Source: Candidatus Tenderia sp. (GTDB taxonomy: Bacteria; Pseudomonadota; Gammaproteobacteria; Tenderiales; Tenderiaceae). From it: DNA of 64,000 nucleotides. The stretch's first letter is position 1, and each line of letters starts with the position of its first letter. Positions 10,380-18,692 of this stretch are shown here, piece by piece. The notes below the pieces were generated by a model, which saw only the letters and a list, made by a program, of their open reading frames with translations, did not search any database and had not been told where the DNA came from. Position numbers and translations under genes: made by a program. The stretch lies in NCBI GenBank assembly GCA_031416075.1, contig JANOSY010000073.1, positions 3,822-67,821 of the forward strand, in the 5' to 3' direction.

Positions 10380-11252
10380 TTAATCGGGTAATACATAGGC
10401 CATATCACCAAACGTATCTGAAGGTAAGCGCGGGCGAGCATTATGTGGCATCGGATAGAGCCCTTTTTCACCAAACCATTTCTGGTATATTCTTTCGTAA
10501 CTACCATCTTTAATCATGTCTTGTAATACAAAGCTCACCGCATCCCGCCATTTACTGTCATTCGGTGGAACACCTATGCCATAAAGACCTGGACTAAAGC
10601 CGGTGCCTACAACCTCAAACTCTGAGGCTGACTCTCCAGCCAATGCCGCTATAATAGGGCTGTCTTGACAAAACACATCTATCTTCCCTTGCTTTAATGC
10701 CAAAATCCCCTCGGCATTTTTTTGAAATGCGATTATCTTTGGTTCTAATTTGCTGTATTTCATGATCTCCTGAGGTGCCGCTGTATAAGCATTTGACCCC
10801 TGATTAACACCAATTTTTTTTCCTGCCAGATCGGATATTTTCTTAAATTCATTTTTTCTCGCATAAAATATCTTGGCCGTCCAAAGATAAGGTGGTTCAG
10901 CATAATCTATCTGCTCTTCACGGCCCCGTGTTTGTGATAGATTTGAAATTGTCATATCAATCTTTCGGTTAGATAGATAGGCTATCCGTGTCTTATTGTT
11001 GACGACAACAAGCTCTACTTTCACACCGAGTTGTTTTCCTATTTCGTTACCTAAATCGACATCGAAACCTGTCCAGTTTCCTTTTTCGTCAATAAAGTTC
11101 ATCGGAGGTGTATCATTACCCGTTCCTATGCGAATAGTGTTTGATTTTTTTACTTGATCAAAAATTGATTCTGCATTAACAATACTTGAGTTAATCACAC
11201 AAGAGAAAAGGCCTATAAATAAAGTGTTTTTAAATAGCTGGTTCAATTTCAT
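10380..11252 (-). CDS. Periplasmic polar amino-acid-binding protein (SBP_bac_3 family).
   Basis: Signal peptide MKLNQLFKNTLFIGLFSCVINSSIVNA. Typical two-lobed binding-protein motifs (GFDVDLGNEIGKQLG...). Its 5' end overlaps the stop of the upstream reductase gene. Confidence 0.8.
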   Translation of the reverse strand: MKLNQLFKNTLFIGLFSCVINSSIVNAESIFDQVKKSNTIRIGTGNDTPPMNFIDEKGNWTGFDVDLGNEIGKQLGVKVELVVVNNKTRIAYLSNRKIDMTISNLSQTRGREEQIDYAEPPYLWTAKIFYARKNEFKKISDLAGKKIGVNQGSNAYTAAPQEIMKYSKLEPKIIAFQKNAEGILALKQGKIDVFCQDSPIIAALAGESASEFEVVGTGFSPGLYGIGVPPNDSKWRDAVSFVLQDMIKDGSYERIYQKWFGEKGLYPMPHNARPRLPSDTFGDMAYVLPD

Positions 11253-12432
11253 AGTGATTTATCTCTTTAATATTATTTTTCGGAAACTCTTTGCTAAACT
11301 TTTCTTTATAAAGAGCCATTTCTTTAGAGTTTTCAATAAATAGATTTTGACATCGCTCTACGCTATCCCCTGTTCCGTTATAAAAAACAAGACCTTTTTC
11401 TGATAAAGGCCCCATCCACTCTCTGCAAAAATTCCATTGGTGCGTCCCTATTTTTAGATTTACCTGTGCAAACGTAAGGTATGCACGTTGACGGATATCA
11501 ATCGATTTAAGATCAACATCCTCAAATTTTGAATAGTAGTGGACACGATGTGGTCTGACTATTTTTATCCACATCTCCCATAAATTTCTCATACTTGGCG
11601 AACTATTATTGTCTGATACCAAGTTACATATTGATGCATCAGGCAACCAGCGATGCGCATATAAAAATGACTCTTGAAACATATCTTGGTGTATTAAATT
11701 TAGTGGTTGATTGGGTGCCACAGTATGCATATCTGAATGGTATCTATCAGTCATCAACCGGGCTAATCCCATCCACTGTTGGTACAATCCGTAACGCTTA
11801 CCCGAGTATCGACCACTCTCCCAATCGCCGATCAAAATAGAGGGTCTAAGAATCAGATAAGGCAATCCACTCTGGGCAACCAACCATTCAGCCTTTCTTT
11901 TTGATGATGTGTAAGAAGTTGGGTCTTTTTCGGGGTCATCATGTAATATCTCTTTAACGTCTCCACTAATATAACCAGAGCTATAGGCTGTAGAAATAAA
12001 TGTAAAGCGCCGTACCCTCAAACGTTTACCGATAGAGAGCATCCATTTTGTTAATTGGATGTTAACCACGTCCAAATCGGCTTCATTGAAATAATCCAGG
12101 CATCCGGCACAGTGCACTATTTCATCTATCTCATAGGGTGTTAATGCCTCCTCAAAATCATCGTCACCAATGTCACTACTACCATTCCAGGGGATAATTT
12201 TTACATTACCATAAACACTCTCTAAAGATTCTCCAAATGCTGATAGCTCATTGTTAAGACGAAACAAAAAATTGTCTATGGATGATGATGCGCGTAATGG
12301 GATAACTATATTCTCTACTCCTGATGACAATAGTTTGGCAGCAATCAGAGTGCCTAGATAACCGCTCCCACCTGTTAGCAGCACTGTATCTGGACGAAAC
12401 TCTTTTGACCTTAGGTCATTAATTGTTTTCAT
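11230..12432 (-). CDS. NAD(P)-dependent thioester-reductase-type SDR (NAD_binding_4, male-sterility-domain-like). It may form aldehyde or alcohol from an acyl/aminoacyl thioester.
   Basis: Rossmann motif VLLTGGSGYLGTLIAAKL near the N-terminus and catalytic YTSSKRKAE (YxxxK). The 400-aa size fits stand-alone thioester reductase domains. Confidence 0.6.
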   Translation of the reverse strand: MKTINDLRSKEFRPDTVLLTGGSGYLGTLIAAKLLSSGVENIVIPLRASSSIDNFLFRLNNELSAFGESLESVYGNVKIIPWNGSSDIGDDDFEEALTPYEIDEIVHCAGCLDYFNEADLDVVNIQLTKWMLSIGKRLRVRRFTFISTAYSSGYISGDVKEILHDDPEKDPTSYTSSKRKAEWLVAQSGLPYLILRPSILIGDWESGRYSGKRYGLYQQWMGLARLMTDRYHSDMHTVAPNQPLNLIHQDMFQESFLYAHRWLPDASICNLVSDNNSSPSMRNLWEMWIKIVRPHRVHYYSKFEDVDLKSIDIRQRAYLTFAQVNLKIGTHQWNFCREWMGPLSEKGLVFYNGTGDSVERCQNLFIENSKEMALYKEKFSKEFPKNNIKEINHYEIEPAI

Positions 12433-12434
12433 CG

Positions 12435-12875
12435 TTACGCCACCTCTTCAGAAGGTAACAATTTCTTTTCAATTTTCTCTGGCTCTGGAATTCCGCCATA
12501 AAATGCAATTTTTCTATTAATAATTAATATAGGAAATATATTAAAACCCTGTGTCGATACAAGGGACTGTATCTGTTCAACCAGTCGATGCTCACTTGGT
12601 TCAAGATCACCACTCTTTATCTTTGACAGCGCTTTTCTGGCATCTGTAATTGAAATTGTCATCACTGAGATATTGGATCCGGAATTCTTTAAGGCAATAT
12701 CAACATTGTTTTTTAGCTTTTCATCACTCTGTGATGCTAATGGGGAGCAACATTTTGCAGAGACAATACCGATCCCGCCTTCATACATTACGGATCTTAA
12801 GTGAATCAGTGCATCCCCACTGTTGCTGTTCCCGCAAAAAAGTTTACATAGCGAATCAAACATATAACCCTCCAT
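12435..12875 (-). CDS. Thioredoxin-fold protein (redox-active disulfide protein-like).
   Basis: Paired cysteines (KCCSP). C-terminal ...FPILIINRKIAFYGGIPE resembles the cis-Pro/beta-strand/GG region of small thioredoxin_3-type proteins. Tightly packed between the permease and reductase with 1-2 nt gaps. Confidence 0.45.
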   Translation of the reverse strand: MEGYMFDSLCKLFCGNSNSGDALIHLRSVMYEGGIGIVSAKCCSPLASQSDEKLKNNVDIALKNSGSNISVMTISITDARKALSKIKSGDLEPSEHRLVEQIQSLVSTQGFNIFPILIINRKIAFYGGIPEPEKIEKKLLPSEEVA

Positions 12876-12876
12876 T

Positions 12877-13800
12877 TCAAAAATTAGGAATTGTCCACTG
12901 CGCGAGAAAACCCAATATCACAGCAGCTGTTACTACAGCGACAATATGAGCAACTATTAGTGGCCAACGAAACAGTCTTAAGAGCAGTATCATTTCAGGC
13001 AAGCTTGTTCCTGCACCAGAGATTAACAAGGCAACCAATGGTCCAGGATCCATCCCTTTCTCTATCAGTGCATAGCCGATAGGCACAATTGCCATAGGCG
13101 ATATGTATAGAGGAACAGCAATCAAGGCAACCAGTGGGATCAAGAAGTAGGGAGGAAAAGTATGATCCAGGTCTGTTAGTATGTTCTCTGGCATATAGCC
13201 GTGTATTAACCCGCCAATAATAATGCCTATCACTAGATAAGGCATGATCTGCCGTAATTCCATACGCGCCGCTCCCCATGAAAAAGAGAGCGCGGTACGA
13301 AATTTTGGGCGAGATACCTCTCCCGTGGAATCCCCCATATAACCTTCTGGAACAGCTACCGTGCCTAAAGGGCGCAGAAAACGTATCATGCCTGTGCGCT
13401 CTACAAGGATGCCGGCTAAAATGGAGAGAAGTGCTGCTGACAAAACAAATATCACAGCACTGCCAAACCCTGGACCACTGACCAATAATATAATGACACC
13501 TTCATTAATCACGGGGGATGAGATCAGAAAAGTAAAACATGAAGCCAAACCAATTTTTGACCTCAACATCCCACTTAGCACAGGTACCGTGGAACATGAA
13601 CAGAAAGGGGTAACGGCCCCACCAATGGCGGCTAATGTTGCGCCGTTCCAAGATGATGCGTTGGCAAGTTTTACCTCTATTGAGCGCCCTAACGAAAATT
13701 GCTGCGCCAGAAATATCAACATTGATATACCCAAAAACAGTATGACCAACATTAAGCCATCCAAAAGAATGAAATTTATAACGTCAACAACTTTATCCAT
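12877..13800 (-). CDS. DUF318/ArsP-type permease with the TPFCSCS thiol motif.
   Basis: Motif AVTPFCSCSTVPVLSG matches the conserved TPFcSCSxxP signature recalled for ArsP organoarsenical efflux permeases and DUF318 two-repeat permeases. About 8 TM segments. Confidence 0.65.
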   Translation of the reverse strand: MDKVVDVINFILLDGLMLVILFLGISMLIFLAQQFSLGRSIEVKLANASSWNGATLAAIGGAVTPFCSCSTVPVLSGMLRSKIGLASCFTFLISSPVINEGVIILLVSGPGFGSAVIFVLSAALLSILAGILVERTGMIRFLRPLGTVAVPEGYMGDSTGEVSRPKFRTALSFSWGAARMELRQIMPYLVIGIIIGGLIHGYMPENILTDLDHTFPPYFLIPLVALIAVPLYISPMAIVPIGYALIEKGMDPGPLVALLISGAGTSLPEMILLLRLFRWPLIVAHIVAVVTAAVILGFLAQWTIPNF

Positions 13801-13850
13801 AACAGCGCTCTTGAACAGGTATTGTTTTTTGTATGTTAAAAATTAGATTA

Positions 13851-14702
13851 TTAACAACACGATTCAGTGGTGGCACTGTTTTTTGTTTGCGCCAAACGTA
13901 AATCGGCAGATGGCATTCCACCATAACTGGACATGCTTGCTATCAGTGGTGTTGTGACTTTTACATCAAACCCAACTTCATCTAACGTTTCAATATAGGC
14001 ATCAAGCGCTTCTATACGAATATCTTCGATGTCTGTACGTATGCTATCCAAACCAATATCACCACAATTCACGCCAAGCTCACCACAAAGAGAGTGGCAG
14101 CTGGTGCTAATCATGCTGAAAAGTTCTGGCATGACACGATGGTGTGCCCAGACAAGGCTGTCATGAACACCATCATAGTCACTGGAGAGCATCTCTTTAA
14201 GCCGTCTGATACCGATGCCAAGATGTTCAATTTCATCGCTCAATATGGACTTTGCAAGGTCGCGTGTATCCGGGTCTGTATCGCGCTGAAGAATTTTATA
14301 CAACACAATGGCCATTGTCTCTGTCATCAGGTCTTGAATAATTAGGCATGCGGCCAGATCCTTTTTTGCGACTGCTGCAGAGAACTGTTTGCGTATATGC
14401 AACCACTGAGGTTCGACAATTCGTTGTTCAACAGGAAAGTCGAGTCTGCGCCCAAGGCTGGAGAGCATTTTGATATGTTTGGTCTCTTCAAAGGCCTGTT
14501 TTGCAGTCTCAATTTTTGAGTTGGTATCTTTCCATAAGGGCACCATCTCGGAATAGTTCTCTACAGCCATAATCTCGCCAGCTACTGCATTTGAGACTAT
14601 GTAGGCCATCAAGTCATAATATCTTTGGTCTTTACCGTGCCGCTGATTGCGCATCTCTTTGACTTCATTTCTATCCAATTCGTTAATATTCACACTATTC
14701 AT
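13851..14702 (-). CDS. Ferritin-like di-iron carboxylate protein (putative oxygenase/oxidase). First gene of the long minus-strand cluster.
   Basis: Two E...ExxH-type segments (AGEIMAVENYSEM... and DEIEHLGIG) spaced as in di-iron four-helix-bundle enzymes. No signal peptide. Confidence 0.5.
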   Translation of the reverse strand: MNSVNINELDRNEVKEMRNQRHGKDQRYYDLMAYIVSNAVAGEIMAVENYSEMVPLWKDTNSKIETAKQAFEETKHIKMLSSLGRRLDFPVEQRIVEPQWLHIRKQFSAAVAKKDLAACLIIQDLMTETMAIVLYKILQRDTDPDTRDLAKSILSDEIEHLGIGIRRLKEMLSSDYDGVHDSLVWAHHRVMPELFSMISTSCHSLCGELGVNCGDIGLDSIRTDIEDIRIEALDAYIETLDEVGFDVKVTTPLIASMSSYGGMPSADLRLAQTKNSATTESCC

Positions 14703-15229
14703 TTCTCTATCTCCGTTATGGGATGCCTGGAAATGTTGGTTCCCCGATTTTTTTGAGACCCGATAATTTGGGCGTGATACATACTCTCATCTGTCAGAGA
14801 TCTGTTAAATAGTACAAATGTACCCATCTGAATATTTATAGTGCCGCGGACTGATGCTATCGACAAACAACATGATGTTTGTAAGAGAAGTATGATTTTT
14901 TTCAATATTAAACTTTAATCCTTCCAATACCTCCATTGACTTGATAATGATCGCCCTCCTTAACCAAAGAAAATACTTTACGGACATTAACTGCCATATG
15001 GCCGCTCTCTTCTGGTTTTTTTATCAAACGGGTATTAGTCTCAGCACCACCTATTGCAGCACCAATACCGTGTCACTTATGTTTTTTCTCATATGTAGTG
15101 GCTGAGGTATATTGGAACTAGCCGCAGTAATCGCGACGACGATAAGATTCCAGTGACCTAACATATTGTATTTATACCTATTAATAGTGAATCAAGGTTC
15201 TGTTAGTTGACAACATCCGCCACCTCACT

Positions 15230-15445
15230 TACAGTGCGCTCCTGCTTCAGGTGTCCTAAGGGCTATCGCCTAATGGATGAAACGGGAAGCCGGTGCGCTC
15301 TGGTAATAACCAGCGCTAACCCGGCACTGCCCCCGCAACGGTAAACGAGTTTAAGGTTCTGCTTACGCCACTGTGTTCTGCACGGGAAGGCGCAAACCTT
15401 GGGAAAAGACCCCCACTCGTGAGTCCGGAGACCGGCCTGCGGCAT
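15230..15445 (+). ncRNA. Cobalamin (adenosylcobalamin) riboswitch in the btuB leader.
   Basis: Conserved core gaaacGGGAAgccGGTGcg...ccGGCACTGCCCCCGCAACGGTAAacg. B12 box GCCACTG at 15367..15373. Downstream gagtCCGGAGACCGGCC element. Sits immediately upstream of a TonB-dependent receptor gene and cob biosynthesis genes. Confidence 0.85.
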
Positions 15446-15586
15446 AAGTTCGGCATTGCGGAGGGCGATGCACCGGCATGTGTGGCCTATTTTTCACCCC
15501 TCCACCCTTGCTATCACTCCTCCTCCATTTGCCATATGGCCTTTAATTATTCAGTTCGTGCCCCGATGTGCACGAAGGAGAGAGAT

Positions 15587-17416
15587 ATGCAGTTGCGTTC
15601 ATTGTCAGCAGCGGTAGCGCTGTTGAGTGCCCTTCCCCTTTACTCCGTTACAGCCATTGCTGCGGATGCGGACGCTGTGATTGTGACAGCAACACGTACA
15701 GCTCAGACCGTTGATGACTCACTTGCATCTGTTAGTGTCATTACTCGTGCTGATATCGAGCGACTTCAGGCCCAATCCTTACAAGATCTGCTACGTGGTA
15801 TAGCAGGTATCTCCGTTGCCAATAATGGCGGCGCAGGTAAATACACTGCACTATTTATGCGTGGTACCGAGTCTGACCACGTACTGGTTTTGATTGATGG
15901 TGTAAAAGTTGGTTCTGCCACCTCAGGCAGCACTGCATTTCAAGACATTCCACTGGCTCAAATAGAACGTATTGAGATTGTACGTGGACCGCGCTCCAGT
16001 CTGTACGGTTCAGAGGCCATTGGCGGTGTGATTCAGATCTTCACCCGTAAAGGAAAAGGCCAGATCACCCCTTCCATGAGTATTGGCGCTGGCAGTTACG
16101 GTACCTACAGCGCCCAGGCGGGTGTCACCGGGGGTAACGATAGTCGCTGGTTCAGTGCCAATCTTAACAGCCTCAATACCAAAGGTTTTAATGCCTGTAA
16201 TGGTTCCGCCATCAGTGGTTGTTATACAGTTGAGCCTGATAAGGATGATTACCACAATGTGGCGGCATCACTGCGTGGTGGATTCCGTTTTGGCAGCAGT
16301 GGTACCGCAGAACTAAATGCTTTACGTAGTGAAAGCGATACATCCTATGATGGATCATTCTCCAATGAGTCATCATCCGTGCAACAGGTATTGGGTGGCA
16401 ATGTCAGTTTTGCGGCAGCACCATCCTGGCAGGTAAGTTTGGCGGCAGGCCAGAGCCGTGATATGTCTGATGGATTTAAGGATGGCAATTTCAAAGGCGA
16501 TTTTAATACTCGCCGCAAAAGTGCTACCTGGCAGAACGACATCACTGTAAGTGACAACAACCTGTTAACAGTCGGTCTGGATCGTCAGCTTGATTTTATT
16601 GAAAGCACCACAAACTTTGCTGTCACCTCTCGTGGCAACAAGGCTGTTTTTGCTCAGTATCAATCTGCGGTCAGTGATACCTTTGATATGCAGCTATCGT
16701 TACGTCGTGATAGCAATGAGCAGTTTGGTAATCAGGGCACTGGCGGTGTGGCATTTGGCGCTGATATCGGCCATTCGATGCGCGCTACCTACGCCTATGG
16801 GACTGCTTTTAAGGCCCCCACCTTTAATGAGCTCTACTATCCTGGATACGGTACTGCCACACTGGTTCCGGAAGATTCGCGCAATATTGAGGTGGGTTTG
16901 GAAGGTAAAACAACACAGGGACACTGGGCTGTTAACCTCTACGAAAACCGCATCAGTAATCTGATTGCCTATGACGCCTCAATTTTTGCCCCTAACAATC
17001 TCGATCAAGCTAACATTCGTGGCATTGAGGCCATCTGTGGTGTTGATATGAACGGTTGGGCCATGAATGCAAACCTGACATTGCTCGATCCTGAGAATCG
17101 TGCCAGCGGTAGCAATTACGGCAAAGTACTACCACGCCGTGCTAAAAAATCGTATCGCCTTGATGCTGACCGTGCTTTAGGTGCGTACCAGGTAGGTGCC
17201 AGTTTACGTGCCGAAGGTAGCCGCTATGATGATCTGGCCAATAACCGTCGCCTGGGTGGCTACGCCACTGTTGATCTGCGCGCCGGTTACGACATCAGCG
17301 ATGATTGGCAGGTTCAGGCACGGGCTGAAAACCTGCTTGATAAAGGGTATGAGACCGCTGCCTTTTATAACCAGCCAGGCCGTAGCCTGTTTGTCACACT
17401 GCGTTACCAGCCGTAA
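15587..17416 (+). CDS. btuB: TonB-dependent outer-membrane vitamin B12 receptor.
   Basis: The ATG at 15587 is preceded by AAGGAGAGAG. Signal peptide MQLRSLSAAVALLSALPLYSVTAIA. TonB box DAVIVTATR. Plug and barrel motifs. Downstream of the B12 riboswitch. The listed ORF start at 15419 lies inside the riboswitch and is not the real start. Confidence 0.85.
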   Translation: MQLRSLSAAVALLSALPLYSVTAIAADADAVIVTATRTAQTVDDSLASVSVITRADIERLQAQSLQDLLRGIAGISVANNGGAGKYTALFMRGTESDHVLVLIDGVKVGSATSGSTAFQDIPLAQIERIEIVRGPRSSLYGSEAIGGVIQIFTRKGKGQITPSMSIGAGSYGTYSAQAGVTGGNDSRWFSANLNSLNTKGFNACNGSAISGCYTVEPDKDDYHNVAASLRGGFRFGSSGTAELNALRSESDTSYDGSFSNESSSVQQVLGGNVSFAAAPSWQVSLAAGQSRDMSDGFKDGNFKGDFNTRRKSATWQNDITVSDNNLLTVGLDRQLDFIESTTNFAVTSRGNKAVFAQYQSAVSDTFDMQLSLRRDSNEQFGNQGTGGVAFGADIGHSMRATYAYGTAFKAPTFNELYYPGYGTATLVPEDSRNIEVGLEGKTTQGHWAVNLYENRISNLIAYDASIFAPNNLDQANIRGIEAICGVDMNGWAMNANLTLLDPENRASGSNYGKVLPRRAKKSYRLDADRALGAYQVGASLRAEGSRYDDLANNRRLGGYATVDLRAGYDISDDWQVQARAENLLDKGYETAAFYNQPGRSLFVTLRYQP

Positions 17417-17500
17417 ATATTGGCACAGTACCCTCCTCTGTTTAGGGAGGGTGTTGTGATCACATTGAAACACACTTACTTTTAAAACAGGCGCGATACT

Positions 17501-18082
17501 ATGTTAACGCTCTCTACCCGACATCAAATTTTTATTGGTCTGTCGCTATTGTTGTTGATGATCACCACCCGTGGTCACCACTTTGCAACACTGGAGCATC
17601 TGCCAAGTGCTTCATGGGCGGTGTTTCTGCTGGCGGGACTCTATCTGCGCCCGGTGTGGGTTTTTCCTGCGCTGTTAGCGTTGGCCGGTTCGCTCGACTA
17701 TGCAGCGATCACCTGGGGTGGTGTCTCTAATTTTTGCGCCAGCCCGGCGTATCCGATGTTACTGCCCGCCTACGGTTCACTCTGGCTGGCGGGGCGCTGG
17801 TATGCCAAACAGTACCATGCTCACTGGAGTACACTTGTACCTGCATCGCTGGCCATTTTATTGGGTGCAACGGTGTGTGAGCTCTTCTCCAGTGGGGGTT
17901 TCTATTTTCTATCAGGCCATTTTGTCGATCCAACACTGACTGAGTTTGGGGCGCGGTTTATTCAATATTTTCCCGGTTCCTTACAATCACTGCTGTTCTA
18001 CATCACCATCGCTGCTGTGATACATCTGCTGTTGGTATCGATACAGAACATCACTACCAAACATAATAGAACCGGGGGTTAA
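17501..18082 (+). CDS. Small polytopic membrane protein of unknown function embedded in the B12 regulon.
   Basis: 193 aa with about 5-6 hydrophobic helices and no recognisable motif. Located between btuB and cobO in the same orientation. Confidence 0.45.
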   Translation: MLTLSTRHQIFIGLSLLLLMITTRGHHFATLEHLPSASWAVFLLAGLYLRPVWVFPALLALAGSLDYAAITWGGVSNFCASPAYPMLLPAYGSLWLAGRWYAKQYHAHWSTLVPASLAILLGATVCELFSSGGFYFLSGHFVDPTLTEFGARFIQYFPGSLQSLLFYITIAAVIHLLLVSIQNITTKHNRTGG

Positions 18083-18086
18083 TGCC

Positions 18087-18692
18087 ATGGATGACACTGA
18101 CAAATCCGTACGCCATCGTAACCGTATGCAGCGTAAAAAAGAGGTGGTGGATGCCTCCATCGCCCGTGCTGATCAAGACAAAGGGTTACTGCTGGTACTC
18201 ACGGGCAACGGCAAGGGTAAATCAAGTTCTGCTTTTGGCATGGTGGCGCGTGCCCTTGGGCACGGTATGCAGGTGGGTGTGGCGCAATTTATCAAAGGGC
18301 GCTCTGATACGGGTGAAGAGGCCTTTTTTCGTCAGCAACCCGGTGTGGTGTGGCATGTGCTGGGTGAGGGGTTTACCTGGGATACACAGAACTTGGAACG
18401 TGATATCGAAACGGCCAATCGTGGTTGGAGCATTGTGCGTGAGATATTGCAAGATCCCACCATCGGTCTGGTAGTACTGGATGAACTCACCTATCCGATC
18501 AAATATGGCTGGCTCGATATTGACATGGTATTGAGTGATCTCGCCGCCCGCCCACCTATGCAGCATGTGGTGATCACCGGTCGCGGTGCAGCCGAGGCGC
18601 TCTGTGATGTGGCCGATACGGTGACTGAGCTCGACGATGTAAAACATGCCTTTCGTGCCGGGGTGCGGGCACAAAACGGGATTGATCTATGA
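18087..18692 (+). CDS. cobO: Cob(I)yrinic acid a,c-diamide adenosyltransferase (CobO/BtuR).
   Basis: P-loop LLLVLTGNGKGKSSSAFG and a conserved CobA/BtuR core. About 200 aa. Confidence 0.9.
   Translation: MDDTDKSVRHRNRMQRKKEVVDASIARADQDKGLLLVLTGNGKGKSSSAFGMVARALGHGMQVGVAQFIKGRSDTGEEAFFRQQPGVVWHVLGEGFTWDTQNLERDIETANRGWSIVREILQDPTIGLVVLDELTYPIKYGWLDIDMVLSDLAARPPMQHVVITGRGAAEALCDVADTVTELDDVKHAFRAGVRAQNGIDL

Noticed and set aside
14906-15229. Intergenic region upstream of the riboswitch, checked for tRNA/sRNA genes or CRISPR repeats.
   Set aside because: There is no cloverleaf-compatible sequence and no direct repeats. It most likely holds only the divergent promoters for the minus-strand supercluster and the btuB leader.
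15419-15586. Upstream extension of the btuB ORF, starting at 15419.
   Set aside because: It overlaps the cobalamin riboswitch aptamer. The ATG at 15587 has a strong RBS and begins a canonical signal peptide.
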